From contig CAVWVI010000003.1 in NCBI GenBank assembly GCA_963758495.1, positions 32,001 through 96,000 of the forward strand: a stretch of DNA of 64,000 nt, in the 5' to 3' direction. Below, one piece after another: positions 1 to 10,560 of this stretch. The position numbers and the translations under genes are program-made. The DNA is from Oligoflexia bacterium (GTDB taxonomy: Bacteria > Bdellovibrionota > UBA1018). The notes beneath the pieces were generated by a model, which searched no databases, was not told the DNA's origin, and saw only the letters and a list, made by a program, of their open reading frames with translations. Every line of letters starts with the position of its first letter. Position 1 is the first letter of the stretch.

Positions 1-866
1 TAGAAAATGGCGATTTTGCACCCATGCGAATTGAAGGAAGACCCCTTCATGGAAGTCACCACTTCCTTAAAATAGCAAGCGCTCAAATCAAAACTGCCTT
101 GCTTTTAGCTGGACTGTGTGCAGAGGGAGAGACCCAGCTCACAGGTTTGATTTCAAGTCGCGATCATACCGAAAGAATGCTCCCTCACTTTGGGGCTAGC
201 ATTCAGTGTGATCCTAATCAGATTGTCATTCGAGGCGGACAAAGTCTTCACGGCACCTCGATCCAAATACCAGGCGATCCCTCGTCTGCTGCTTTTCTAA
301 TGGCAGCCGCCTGCCTCGTCGGAAAGGGTATCGTGGAAATTGAAAATCTATCACTCAATCCAACGAGAACAGGGTTTTTTCGTATTCTGGAAAGAATGGG
401 AGCAACCCTGGAACAATTCGTTCTTTCAAAAAAGCCAGAACCTATCGGTACAGTCAGGGTTCAAGCCAAAGAATTACAGGCAGTTCAAGTATCTTCAGAG
501 GAAATACCTTCCCTGATTGATGAAATACCCCTCATCGCTCTACTGGCGTCTCAAGCCAAAGGACAAACGATCGTTTCTGGTGCGAAAGAACTCAGAGTAA
601 AGGAAACCGACAGAATTGAAGCCATCGCGAAAAACCTGAGACGAATGGGTGTCACTCTTGAAACTTTTGAAGATGGTTTTTCCATTCAAGGTCCACAAAA
701 ACTAATTGGAACTCAGCTGAATTCATATCAAGATCATAGAATTGCTATGGCATTCTCTGTCGCGGGCTTAGTTGCAGAAGGAGTCACAGAAATCCAAGAC
801 GCCGAATGCGTAGCCATTTCATTCCCCAACTTTTTTAATATTTTAAACAGGTTAGCATATGAATAA
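1..866 (+). CDS. aroA: EPSP synthase (5' end outside window)
   Basis: SAQIK, SRDHTERM, PGDPSSA, ELRVKETDR and DHRIAM motifs; frame is open from position 3 to the window edge. Confidence 0.97.
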   Translation, partial: ENGDFAPMRIEGRPLHGSHHFLKIASAQIKTALLLAGLCAEGETQLTGLISSRDHTERMLPHFGASIQCDPNQIVIRGGQSLHGTSIQIPGDPSSAAFLMAAACLVGKGIVEIENLSLNPTRTGFFRILERMGATLEQFVLSKKPEPIGTVRVQAKELQAVQVSSEEIPSLIDEIPLIALLASQAKGQTIVSGAKELRVKETDRIEAIAKNLRRMGVTLETFEDGFSIQGPQKLIGTQLNSYQDHRIAMAFSVAGLVAEGVTEIQDAECVAISFPNFFNILNRLAYE

Positions 867-1734
867 TGTAAATGTTTCGACCCCCTTAGCCGCACTCATT
901 GGCTATCCAGTTCAGCATTCACTTTCGCCTGCCATTTATTCATTTATTGCTCAAATGAATCAGACGAAACTCTTTTATAAAGCCTGGGAAGTCGCACCCA
1001 CTGAACTGAATCAAACCATGAATGCCATCAAAAACTTGCCCTTCATTGGTTTTAACGTCACGATTCCCAACAAGGAATTGATGCACCCCTTTATGAGTTG
1101 GGTCACCCAAGAAGCTCAAGTTTGTGAATCTATCAACGTAGTTGAATATCGGAATGGTTCATTAATAGGCCATAATACTGACGTATATGGAGTGATTCAA
1201 ACTTTAAAAGAATCAAAGATTAAAGTAAAAGGGGGCTCAGTCCTACTCATAGGTGCGGGAGGAGCTGCAAAAGCGGTGGCTTATGCAGTCGCTCTATTAG
1301 GTGCTCAGTCCGTATGGGTCCAAAACCGGAATCTCGATCGTGCAGAAAAGTTGTGCACTCAACTCAAAAAACACTTTGAACAAACTGATTTTCATGCCGT
1401 CGAGAAAAATGAAGATATTCCAAAAAACATTCAGCTCTATGTGAATGCAACTCCTTTAGGTATGAAAGGTTTTCCAAAATCGGAATTCTTTAAGATGATC
1501 CCTATCAATAAAAAGGCGTGGGCATTTGATCTTATTTATAATCCAGAAAAAACTGATTTTATCCTACAAGCCACTCAGTTAGGCTTAAAAACTTTGGGTG
1601 GTCTTGATATGCTCATCTGGCAAGCGATCGCTACCTGGGAAATTTGGTTTGGGCCGGTATCTTCGAAAACCGAACTCAGCAATGCCTTAAAGCAGCACCT
1701 CAAAAATCATCTAAAAAAGAAAGCCTCTCGATAA
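859..1734 (+). CDS. aroE: shikimate dehydrogenase
   Basis: HSLSP, NVTIP, GHNTD, GAGGAA, DLIYNP and GLDMLIWQA motifs; in aro operon. Confidence 0.95.
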   Translation: MNNVNVSTPLAALIGYPVQHSLSPAIYSFIAQMNQTKLFYKAWEVAPTELNQTMNAIKNLPFIGFNVTIPNKELMHPFMSWVTQEAQVCESINVVEYRNGSLIGHNTDVYGVIQTLKESKIKVKGGSVLLIGAGGAAKAVAYAVALLGAQSVWVQNRNLDRAEKLCTQLKKHFEQTDFHAVEKNEDIPKNIQLYVNATPLGMKGFPKSEFFKMIPINKKAWAFDLIYNPEKTDFILQATQLGLKTLGGLDMLIWQAIATWEIWFGPVSSKTELSNALKQHLKNHLKKKASR

Positions 1735-2936
1735 TGCGACTTCGTTTCCTCACAGCCGGAGAATCTCACGGAAAAGCCTTAGTGGGAATTCTAGAAGGCA
1801 TCCCTTCGGGGCTATCCATTACATCAGAATATATCCACCAACAACTCAAACGGAGAAAGTTAGGTTACGGCCGCGGCGCACGCCAAAAGATGGAAGAGGA
1901 CTCAGTTCAGATATTAAGTGGAGTCAGACATGGATTTACATTAGGAAGTCCAATAGCACTGATCATTGAAAATGCGGATTGGAAAAACTGGCAAGACGTC
2001 ATGCAAGTCGAGCCCTTTCACAAAGAGACTGGCGAAGAAACTGGCGGAGAAAGGCGGAGAACTCGGCGAAAACTCGAAGTTCCTCGCCCCGGGCACGCAG
2101 ACTACGTGGGTGGAATTAAATATCAACATGAAGATATGCGCAACGTCCTCGAACGCGCCAGCGCACGCGAGACCACGATGCGTGTCGCATTAGGATCTAT
2201 TACAAGGAAGTTTTTAGAAGAACTCGAAATCCATATTGGAAGTAGAGTGATTCAAATCGGACCCGTTTCAGATCCAGGCTCTCTGGAAATTCCAGTACGG
2301 TCGCTGAATGAGCGAGCAGATCAGTCCCCCCTTCGATGCTTATCCTCAAACATTGAAACAGAAATGTGTAAAGAAGTAGATTCAGCAAAAAAGCGAGGGG
2401 ATACCCTAGGCGGCATCTTCGAAGTCTATGCTGCTCATACTCCAATAGGACTTGGAAGTTACGTTCATTGGGATCGACGGATTGAAGGGCAAATCTCTCA
2501 AGCCATCCTCAGTCTGAATGCCATTAAAGGGGTCGAAATTGGATTAGGTTTTGAATCGGGAAAAATTTACGGCTCCCAAGCTCATGACGAATACCTGCCC
2601 ACTCATGCAAAAAATCGAGTCTCTTACCGCACCAATCGCTCCGGTGGAATTGATGGCGGAATGACAACGGGTCAAACTATTTTAGTTCGAGCTGCCATGA
2701 AACCTCTCTCTACCCTAATGAACCCCCTTTCTTCGGTCAAGCTCAGTACCGGTGAAGTAGAATCAGCCCACGTAGAACGTTCCGATGTGTGCGCAGTGCC
2801 TTCAGCCGCAGTGATCAGTGAATCCCTTTTAGCTAACGTATTGGCAGATGCCCTATTGGAAAAATTGGGGGGTGATTCCATGAATGAAATCATCCCCAGA
2901 CTCAAGCACTGGCGACAGTACTCGAATGCCGAATAA
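1734..2936 (+). CDS. aroC: chorismate synthase
   Basis: TAGESHG, PRPGHAD, ERASARET, NRSGGIDGG and RSDVC motifs; start at 1734 (TAATG overlap with aroE) rather than 1644. Confidence 0.97.
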   Translation: MRLRFLTAGESHGKALVGILEGIPSGLSITSEYIHQQLKRRKLGYGRGARQKMEEDSVQILSGVRHGFTLGSPIALIIENADWKNWQDVMQVEPFHKETGEETGGERRRTRRKLEVPRPGHADYVGGIKYQHEDMRNVLERASARETTMRVALGSITRKFLEELEIHIGSRVIQIGPVSDPGSLEIPVRSLNERADQSPLRCLSSNIETEMCKEVDSAKKRGDTLGGIFEVYAAHTPIGLGSYVHWDRRIEGQISQAILSLNAIKGVEIGLGFESGKIYGSQAHDEYLPTHAKNRVSYRTNRSGGIDGGMTTGQTILVRAAMKPLSTLMNPLSSVKLSTGEVESAHVERSDVCAVPSAAVISESLLANVLADALLEKLGGDSMNEIIPRLKHWRQYSNAE

Positions 2937-3447
2937 CCTCTACCTAGTGGGCTTTATGGGCTCCGGGAAAACCACGGTAGGCAAACTACTCGCTCGGAAG
3001 TTGAAATGGCCCTTCCTAGATACTGACCAGGAGATTGAAAAATGCTTAAAGCTCTCCATCACTCAAATATTTGAAAAATATGGAGCAGAGCGCTTTCGCG
3101 CTGAAGAAAAAAAGGAACTCAAAAAATTAATAAGAAAGAGTAACCACGTCATTTCTCTGGGAGGCGGAAGCCTTATTAATAAGGAAAACTTAACACTCAC
3201 TCAATCCAATGGAGTTTTAGTTTATCTTAAAGCTTCAACCCAGACTCTTATCTCAAACTTAAATCATCAAACAAACCAGCGTCCGTTACTAGCAAATTTA
3301 AGTAAAAGACAGCAACTCATTCAAATCAGAAAACTTTTACAAGAACGCAAAACTACCTACGAAAAATGTAGTTATATTATAAAAATAGATAATCTCACCC
3401 CTCTTGATATCGCTCAAAAAATAATAAAAGATCTGATCAATTTATAA
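2926..3447 (+). CDS. aroK: shikimate kinase
   Basis: GFMGSGKT P-loop, DTD, GGG and RPLL motifs; likely start MPNN at 2926. Confidence 0.95.
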   Translation: MPNNLYLVGFMGSGKTTVGKLLARKLKWPFLDTDQEIEKCLKLSITQIFEKYGAERFRAEEKKELKKLIRKSNHVISLGGGSLINKENLTLTQSNGVLVYLKASTQTLISNLNHQTNQRPLLANLSKRQQLIQIRKLLQERKTTYEKCSYIIKIDNLTPLDIAQKIIKDLINL

Positions 3448-3816
3448 AAAGACTCTATAATCTGTCTTAAATACTACCGCGAAACGCTTTGCCAACGTCT
3501 TGCCCACGGTTCTTTTTCCATTTTCAATCTGAGATAACTCTGCCTGCCGGATCGAGATCTTCTTTGCTAACTCTACTTGAGAAAGTTCATCTCGAACACG
3601 ATAACCGCGAATGATCGTCCCAACCTTTCCATATCTTGCATGAAGCTCCTTAAAGACTTCATCAGCTGGAACAGTTTCTTCTGTTTCGTACTCTCGGAGT
3701 AACGCCGCTACATTTTCGGCCTTATCTTTAGGCACAAGAAACAGTCGTTTGCGTTTTCCTTCAAACATAATTTTAACACTATTTTCAATAGGGCGCGTTT
3801 TCATGGGTTCCGACAT
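3442..3816 (-). CDS. XRE-family HTH antitoxin (HigA-like)
   Basis: C-terminal HTH (LSQVELAKKISIRQAELSQIENGKR), downstream of a RelE-like gene. Confidence 0.8.
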   Translation of the reverse strand: MSEPMKTRPIENSVKIMFEGKRKRLFLVPKDKAENVAALLREYETEETVPADEVFKELHARYGKVGTIIRGYRVRDELSQVELAKKISIRQAELSQIENGKRTVGKTLAKRFAVVFKTDYRVFL

Positions 3817-4069
3817 AGTACACCTCCAAAACTTGAATTTTTCCTGCTACTTCTAGCCAACAAGCAACATAAGTAGGACGACCCTTTTTTATATGGCAAT
3901 GGTGATGCCCAAGCTTGCCCTTTAATTTACTATAATTATGCCACCCTGGTTGCATAGCTCCAAGAACGACGAGATCACGATACAAAGCAGCCATAGCTAA
4001 TTGGACTGTTTGAGGAAGCTTCTTGAGCTGCTTATCGGCTTTTTTGGTAAACTCGACTTTCCAAGCCAT
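3785..4069 (-). CDS. RelE/HigB-like toxin
   Basis: WKVEFTKKADKQLKKLP...YVGTHENAPY; toxin-first order; ATG at 4069. Confidence 0.78.
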   Translation of the reverse strand: MAWKVEFTKKADKQLKKLPQTVQLAMAALYRDLVVLGAMQPGWHNYSKLKGKLGHHHCHIKKGRPTYVACWLEVAGKIQVLEVYYVGTHENAPY

Positions 4070-4076
4070 GAAATAC

Positions 4077-4105
4077 AGAATATAGCATTTTTTGCTATAT
4101 CGCAA
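4077..4105 (-). promoter_or_regulatory. TA promoter (TTGCGA-17-TATTCT) with palindromic operator
   Basis: Perfect inverted repeat ATATAGCA-N5-TGCTATAT at 4080-4100 covering the spacer and -10. Confidence 0.7.
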
Positions 4106-4399
4106 TACTTATTTTTATGGTCGCACTCATTTGTATTTTATAGATTTTCTTTCTTTATTTTAAGGATAGTTAAGGACTGCCTCAAGAATCGTTTGATGAT
4201 CCTGTTGGGTCTTGGTTGTTTAATAATAAGTATTCTTTGTTCTTCACTTTGGCCTTATTTAGTTGCAATGCTTCTTGTCGTCTTTTTACCGTTACTTTAT
4301 TCGTATCACTTCTATCGCAAACACGAGACAAAACATCACATTAAGAGTTAAGCTTACCCATACAATAACCACAAATTGATCTCTCTCGAAAATTTTTTC

Positions 4400-4921
4400 T
4401 CATTTGAAAGCTAATCGAAATTTTTTCATTAACCCAGGTGCACGCACGGTACACCAGGCAATTGCACCATATTTAATGCCTCTTCCACCTAAAATAGCCA
4501 AAAATACTTTCCACAAGGGCAAGTGAGCCAACCCGACGACCGCAACAGCGATATGCTGAGGTAATGGACTTAAAGAAATCAGTGCGAGTCCCCATGCCCC
4601 TTCCTTCTGAACCCATCCTACAGCATCTCTCCATTCTTGGGACTTCGTGACACCTGGAAGAATGGCACTCAGGAATAATTCACCGTAAAGAGACGTAAGT
4701 AGAGCAAAAGAAGTGGCCCCGATTGCAGATCCGATGGTCATCCATAATGCAACACGCATCCAATGCTTTTTTCTTGCCATTACTGACGGAATTAAAAGAG
4801 CCTCATTGGGTACCACAAAGATGTATGCATCGAGCCCTGCTAAAGCTCCAATCAAAGGTAAATACCATCTTTTTTCTGCACTAGCATGAACCGTTTTAAA
4901 AAATGAATGAAGTGCCGCCAT
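4400..4921 (-). CDS. DedA/VTT (YqaA-like) membrane protein
   Basis: Hydrophobic; VPNEALL, GSAIG, LSPLP and GRGIKY patterns. Confidence 0.75.
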   Translation of the reverse strand: MAALHSFFKTVHASAEKRWYLPLIGALAGLDAYIFVVPNEALLIPSVMARKKHWMRVALWMTIGSAIGATSFALLTSLYGELFLSAILPGVTKSQEWRDAVGWVQKEGAWGLALISLSPLPQHIAVAVVGLAHLPLWKVFLAILGGRGIKYGAIAWCTVRAPGLMKKFRLAFK

Positions 4922-5015
4922 GAGTACTTAAATCTCTTTTTTTGCCATCGGTCAATTCCATAACCTAAAATAACGAGCTTGCATGAATCTTGAATAGGCT
5001 GGAAAATGGAAATAT

Positions 5016-5882
5016 ATGACTGAACCTAAGAAAAAAACAGCAACCCTTCGACTGACTTGTCCTGACCGCAAGGGACTCGTGGCCAGCATGTCTAATTTCC
5101 TTTTTAAACATGGTGCGAACATCCTCCATGCTGATCAGCATCAAGATTCTGAAAGTGGCCTTTTCTTGATGCGCATGGAATTTGATCTCCAAACATGGGA
5201 TCTTCAACCTCAATCCTTCCACCAGGCACTTCAAGCGATTACCACACCTTTAAATATGTCCTGGGATCTCGCCTATTCAGACTATAAGCCAAGAGTTGCC
5301 ATCTTTGTTTCTCGATTTGATCATTGCCTCTCTGACCTTCTCTATCGACATCGAATGGAAGAACTTCCTTGTGAGATTCCGTTCGTAATCAGTAATCACT
5401 CTGACACAAAACACTTGGCCGACTTCTATCGGATCCCCTTTCTGACGATTTCCATGGACGCGGAACGAAAAGAGGAAATTGAACAACAGCAACTAGATTT
5501 GCTGAAAACGCATAAAATAGATTTAGTCGTCCTTGCCAGGTACATGCAAATTCTCTCCCCTCATTTTGTGAATACCTACCGAAATCGAATTATCAATATT
5601 CACCATTCATTTCTCCCTGCGTTCCTAGGGGCGAAGCCTTATCATCAAGCCTTCGCCCGGGGTGTCAAGGTCATTGGCGCGACCAGCCACTATGTGACAG
5701 AAGTACTGGATGATGGCCCAATCATTGACCAAGATGTGATGAGGATTTCCCACCGAGATGAGGTGAGTGACTTAGTCCAAAAAGGACGTGATCTGGAAAG
5801 ACTGGTGCTTTCGCGTGCTGTCAAGTGGCACTTGGAAAACCGAGTTATCATTTATGGTAAAAAGACAGTTGTTTTTGACTGA
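5016..5882 (+). CDS. purU: formyltetrahydrofolate deformylase
   Basis: ACT-like N-terminus (CPDRKGLV), LARYMQIL, NIHHSFLPAF, GATSHYV. Confidence 0.97.
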   Translation: MTEPKKKTATLRLTCPDRKGLVASMSNFLFKHGANILHADQHQDSESGLFLMRMEFDLQTWDLQPQSFHQALQAITTPLNMSWDLAYSDYKPRVAIFVSRFDHCLSDLLYRHRMEELPCEIPFVISNHSDTKHLADFYRIPFLTISMDAERKEEIEQQQLDLLKTHKIDLVVLARYMQILSPHFVNTYRNRIINIHHSFLPAFLGAKPYHQAFARGVKVIGATSHYVTEVLDDGPIIDQDVMRISHRDEVSDLVQKGRDLERLVLSRAVKWHLENRVIIYGKKTVVFD

Positions 5883-5958
5883 CCAGTCAATAAACTCGGT
5901 AAGTCCTTTTTGTATAATAATTTTCGTTGCGCCTCTCATTTTGTGAAATAATCTCTTC

Positions 5959-8340
5959 ATGCGACCTTGGAAATTGCTCAAGCAAAAGACCTTCTTTTAT
6001 GTTTTTATCTTATTTCTTTCCTCACAACTCTGGGCAGCGGGAGTTGAGTTACCCCCCCTTGAGACCGATGAACAGAAGCTTGCATTTTTGCTAGAAGCAA
6101 AAAACAGAGTTCCAGCTTTATTTTCGAACGCCGCAAAATATGACATTGACCTCTTTGCTCTCTTAGATGACGAGAATCATCTTTTTAAGATATTAAAATC
6201 TAATTCAGAATATAATCAGCTTTTTTCTAATAAGAAATACTTCAAGCTTTCAATCATTCCTCCTCCTGAAGGAATCCCTGTGGGTCGGGTCGAGATTAAG
6301 GAGGAAGCAATTGAGAGTTGGAAAGAGGAATTGACTCAGTCACTGAATGAATTGAATCAACATATACCCTCTCTGAATCGACCTGATCAGCTATTATCAA
6401 AACTCCGAGAAGTTAAAAAGGAGTATGAAGAGCTGATTTTCGGTAAAAATCTTGATTTCAAACAACAATTTGGAAAAATAGGCGCAAAACCGAAAATCCC
6501 TGAACAAAACCTGACTCATGAAGAACTGAATCGATTTAAGGAAGCACAGAAAAGACTCAATCGATTATTACAACAAAACAAAGGCAAGGACTGGGTACAA
6601 CGGTATCAGCTTATTTTGGATCATTATGATTCCTTGATAGCACTACCCAACCTTCCACAGAAAGAGAGACTAAAAAAGACTCTTCATATTTTAAATACCG
6701 AGAATCAACTTCAAGCCTTATTACAACTCTGGATGATTGCTTCGCAATCACCCGAACAAGAACCAAAAGATTGGAGTGGATTACGAGAACGAATTCAGAC
6801 TCTATCAGAACAGGACCTCATCTTTTACCACGACAAACAAGATACCTTAATGCCTAAAATTAAAAAGGCCCTACAATCTGGAGTTCTTGAGCAAAGATTA
6901 GTGGATGGAATCTTTCGCAAGATTGACACATTTGCAAGCCAAACGATGAGAACTCAAGATAAGGCGAAACATCCGATCCAAATAACTCAAGTTCCTCCCT
7001 CTATTGGAATTTTTCGAGGATGCACAGGAGGCGATTGCTCCACTCAGTATTCTTTTCCTTATCCTAATGATCCTTATGAGATGGTCTTCTTTATCACCGA
7101 TTTTAACAGCGATTTAGAGACGAATCCATCTGTAAATCTCAAAGGTTATGTGAGCGCAACCCACGTTCTCATGAGTAATGGAGACCCGGCTCTTTATGTC
7201 ATTACTATCAGCGGAAATCGAGTGAGTGCTGGAGATGTAGAACTCATTTTAAGAGCTTTGGAAAAGGAAAAGAAAAATCTTGGTGTAAAACACATCCTGC
7301 TACCTGAAACCACCAAACTCAGTGATCTAATCAACTTTCCAAGCATTCTTGGGGTTTATGAAACTCATACTAAAAATAAAAGCCCTGTTTCATTCTCCTA
7401 CCAGAATCCAGAAATTCGCAAAGAGATAGAAGAGTTTAAATCGAGTCTAGATTATAATATCGGCACCTATGATCACATGAAGGATAACACTCAAGGAGTC
7501 GTTCTTACTTTCAAAGATCTACTTTCTAAAAAAATAGAAATTCATTTAGATCATCAGATCTCAGGTGATGCTCCAAAACCCAAAGAAATTTCTCAATACC
7601 CTCTCAGTGAAATTTTAGAATTTGTAATTGATTTACATCACTCAAAAAGAGATCAGCTCACTCAAAAGATCCTTCGATTGCTGGAGGTTCAACGAAATAT
7701 CAACCCAGAAGTTCTGACTCGCCTTTTTCATTTATTAGATTCATGCACTATCGCTGGAAATAAAGATGAACTTCTTTCTGTACAGGAGTACAAAAAGAAA
7801 CTTGAAAGTGAACTCGCAAAACTTCAAATCGGCTTACAGCTTTTTACAAAGCATTCAAATTTTCTTTATCCCGGGATCGTTCATTGCAAGAACGCTTTCT
7901 CTGAGGAAAATCGAGAACAAACAGCATTATGGATTACAGAAGACATAATGAATCATTCTGAAGATTATTATAAGCCTTCAAAAATTAATCCCGACTTTAT
8001 CACGTCAAACTCGGATGCCCTGAATAAAACGGCTGCAATTAAAAAATTCTCTTTAAAGTTAATTAAACTTTTAGAAGACCCGACTTGGAGTGTCCGCTAT
8101 AAAGCAGTTTATGGACTCGCTTTAATCAAGCCGACAAATCCGGAGGCTTTAAATGAAATCGAAAAATTACTGGAAACTCAGCATTGGCAAACCCGAATTT
8201 TAGCCGCCACTGTATTGGTAGAGACCCAACCGACAAATCCTAAGCTTCACAAAGCTTTAACGGAGCTTCTTGCAGATCAGAAAAAGGACGTTCGCCGTGC
8301 AGCAGCCGCTGTGTTGAAAAAATTAGAAACGTGGAAGTAA
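5959..8340 (+). CDS. secreted hypothetical protein with C-terminal HEAT-like repeats
   Basis: Signal-like N-terminus; DPTWSVRYKAV, WQTRILAA and DVRRAAA repeats. Confidence 0.65.
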   Translation: MRPWKLLKQKTFFYVFILFLSSQLWAAGVELPPLETDEQKLAFLLEAKNRVPALFSNAAKYDIDLFALLDDENHLFKILKSNSEYNQLFSNKKYFKLSIIPPPEGIPVGRVEIKEEAIESWKEELTQSLNELNQHIPSLNRPDQLLSKLREVKKEYEELIFGKNLDFKQQFGKIGAKPKIPEQNLTHEELNRFKEAQKRLNRLLQQNKGKDWVQRYQLILDHYDSLIALPNLPQKERLKKTLHILNTENQLQALLQLWMIASQSPEQEPKDWSGLRERIQTLSEQDLIFYHDKQDTLMPKIKKALQSGVLEQRLVDGIFRKIDTFASQTMRTQDKAKHPIQITQVPPSIGIFRGCTGGDCSTQYSFPYPNDPYEMVFFITDFNSDLETNPSVNLKGYVSATHVLMSNGDPALYVITISGNRVSAGDVELILRALEKEKKNLGVKHILLPETTKLSDLINFPSILGVYETHTKNKSPVSFSYQNPEIRKEIEEFKSSLDYNIGTYDHMKDNTQGVVLTFKDLLSKKIEIHLDHQISGDAPKPKEISQYPLSEILEFVIDLHHSKRDQLTQKILRLLEVQRNINPEVLTRLFHLLDSCTIAGNKDELLSVQEYKKKLESELAKLQIGLQLFTKHSNFLYPGIVHCKNAFSEENREQTALWITEDIMNHSEDYYKPSKINPDFITSNSDALNKTAAIKKFSLKLIKLLEDPTWSVRYKAVYGLALIKPTNPEALNEIEKLLETQHWQTRILAATVLVETQPTNPKLHKALTELLADQKKDVRRAAAAVLKKLETWK

Positions 8341-8385
8341 AACAATCATTCTAAAATTACATCACTATTCACAACTCCGACTCGT

Positions 8386-10008
8386 ATGGTAGACTACCCT
8401 ATGCTCAATGCGTTCTTAATCAAATCAGGACTTAAAGTAGAGCCTCATGAGTTGAAATTTATTTTTCGTTGGCTTTTCCTGGCTCTCATCCTCCACGTGA
8501 TCGCGGCAGTAATGAGCACTGGGTTTTACCATGTAGATGAGCATTTCCAAATTTTGGAATTCATGAATTACAAACTAGGAAGAAGCCCTGTCCATGAGTT
8601 ACCTCTCGAGTATGGACAACTGATGCGCCCCTGGCTCTTACCTGCACTTCTCACGGGAATCACGAAATTTCTTCTGGCACTTGGAATCCAAAGTCCTTTT
8701 GACTGGGCATTGAGCTATCGATTATTTGCCTCCTTGCTAGGATGGTTCAGTACAGCTGGACTGGCACTTTGTTGCTTGAAATGGTTCCCTGAGTTCCCTA
8801 AGTTCTCTAATAAAAAGTGGCGTCATGGGGCAGTGATGGCCCTCACCCTTCTTTGGTACATGCCGAGCCTCCACGCCCGTCCTTCTTCAGAAAACCTAGC
8901 CGGCTCTGCTTTTTTTATGGGACTCAGTTTTTTGCTTCTGGGTTCACCTTCACTTTCGCCTACACGAACTCCCTCAAGGAACAGCCCTGAGAGTGGTCCT
9001 GAAAGAGTTCCTGCCTCTGTTGCTTGGATATCAGGGATTCTTTTTGGCTTCGCATTTGAATTTAGATACCAAGTCGCATTCATGATCTTAGGATTTCTGC
9101 TTTGGTTACTCGTCGTAGCGAAAATTCCTATTCGTCAGATAGTCCCTCTTCTTTTAGGAATGCTGATTCCCATTGGACTCGGAACCTGGGCAGACCAATG
9201 GGGATACGGACAATGGACTTGCGCACCCTGGAACTATCTCAATTATAATATTATTCAAAATCATGTATCTGATACAGATCAGACTCAGTGGTGGGATTAT
9301 TTTCGCCGTGCCTTCACTGAAAGCTGGCCTATCCTTGGATTTTTGACCTTAGTCAGCTTTCTTATAGCTTGGGTCCGACATCCCAAACACGTCTTAACAT
9401 GGAGCCTCGCGCCTTTTTTTCTTGCGCACGAGATCATCGGGCATAAAGAATTTCGTTTTCTATTTCCCATGGCTCATGCAGGAGGAGTTCTCCTGATGCT
9501 CAGCATTTGGCCCACTCCCCACATAAAATTCTTAAACTTCCCGAAGAAGGCGAATAGTCTAAATAACTCAAATAGCCTAAATAAATGGGTTCAAGGACTC
9601 GTGTGCTTAAATCTCATTGCTCTGATCATCACCAGCTCCATTCCAGCAGGAATGCCTATTCGTTTTTATTCTTATCTCTATTCACATTCCTCTCCTCGTC
9701 TTGAGGTCTACTACAAGGACGATAGCTTATTTAACTTTGGCGGTGCGATTATGAATTTCTATCGCTCTCCGACACTCACCCTGACGCATCTTACAAAGTA
9801 CTCCGACTTAATGCTCAAATTGGATCAAACGAAGCAACCCCTGAGACTTTTTAGTCCGCATAGCACCCTCCCTCAGGAAGCAGGAGCCCTTCCGTCTCAA
9901 TGTAATGTGGAGTTTTCTACGCTTCCAGAATGGCTGGAGCATTTTAGATCCCTTGGCTTTCTCAATCGCGTGACCAATTGGACTCTCTTTAAATGCCAAA
10001 TGCACTAA
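8386..10008 (+). CDS. GT-C membrane glycosyltransferase, Alg9/PIG-B-like
   Basis: DEHFQILE near N-terminus, HKEFRFL motif, many TM segments. Confidence 0.8.
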   Translation: MVDYPMLNAFLIKSGLKVEPHELKFIFRWLFLALILHVIAAVMSTGFYHVDEHFQILEFMNYKLGRSPVHELPLEYGQLMRPWLLPALLTGITKFLLALGIQSPFDWALSYRLFASLLGWFSTAGLALCCLKWFPEFPKFSNKKWRHGAVMALTLLWYMPSLHARPSSENLAGSAFFMGLSFLLLGSPSLSPTRTPSRNSPESGPERVPASVAWISGILFGFAFEFRYQVAFMILGFLLWLLVVAKIPIRQIVPLLLGMLIPIGLGTWADQWGYGQWTCAPWNYLNYNIIQNHVSDTDQTQWWDYFRRAFTESWPILGFLTLVSFLIAWVRHPKHVLTWSLAPFFLAHEIIGHKEFRFLFPMAHAGGVLLMLSIWPTPHIKFLNFPKKANSLNNSNSLNKWVQGLVCLNLIALIITSSIPAGMPIRFYSYLYSHSSPRLEVYYKDDSLFNFGGAIMNFYRSPTLTLTHLTKYSDLMLKLDQTKQPLRLFSPHSTLPQEAGALPSQCNVEFSTLPEWLEHFRSLGFLNRVTNWTLFKCQMH

Positions 10009-10038
10009 CCGATTACAAATGTTAAAATAAAATATAAA

Positions 10039-10437
10039 ATGATAAATAAGAAAAAGTCATTGTTTCAGATTCTCTCTTCATACTTTCGATTCCGATGTCC
10101 CGTATGTAGCCAGGGAGATCTTTACATTCCAATCACCCGAGTCAGATCATTTACCCAACTCTGTTTGCCACCGGAACAGTGTAATGTTTGTCATTTTCGG
10201 TTCCGTCGGGAACCTGGATATTACTTTGGGGTTTTAACACCCCTCCTTCCGATTCTTTCGCTGATGACAGGTTTAGTAACTACAAGTATTTACTATTTTA
10301 CCTTACGCCCTGAAGATCCGTTTCAACTTCTATTACCAGCGATTGCTGGGACTGCTATCGGATTTGTCCTTTTTTTTAGGCCAGCCATTGCGTTCTATAT
10401 TCACCTGGATCATGCGATTGATCCTCCATCCCATTAG
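10039..10437 (+). CDS. DUF983-like zinc-ribbon membrane protein
   Basis: RCPVC...CNVC...REPGY followed by two TM helices. Confidence 0.7.
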   Translation: MINKKKSLFQILSSYFRFRCPVCSQGDLYIPITRVRSFTQLCLPPEQCNVCHFRFRREPGYYFGVLTPLLPILSLMTGLVTTSIYYFTLRPEDPFQLLLPAIAGTAIGFVLFFRPAIAFYIHLDHAIDPPSH

Positions 10438-10460
10438 ATAAAAAGGACCATCGCACAAAT

Positions 10461-10493
10461 AAAAAAAGAGGAAGCGATAAACTCGCCTCCTCT
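10461..10493 (-). terminator. rho-independent terminator
   Basis: AGAGGAGGCGA/TCGCTTCCTCT stem followed by a T-run on the minus strand. Confidence 0.7.
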
Positions 10494-10560
10494 CCCGTTT
10501 TTTATCAGCTGTTTTTACCAGCCACCCACTGAATCGTAGTTCAGCAGGGACTTAAATGAC

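Noticed and set aside
1644..1733. Upstream starts given for aroC (also aroK 2884, eno 58230, otsA 39891)
   Set aside because: Family N-termini, gene coupling or overlap with regulatory motifs favour the downstream ATGs
4001..4351. 116-aa hydrophobic ORF
   Set aside because: Overlaps the toxin and its promoter; only the last ~50 codons might be a membrane-protein remnant
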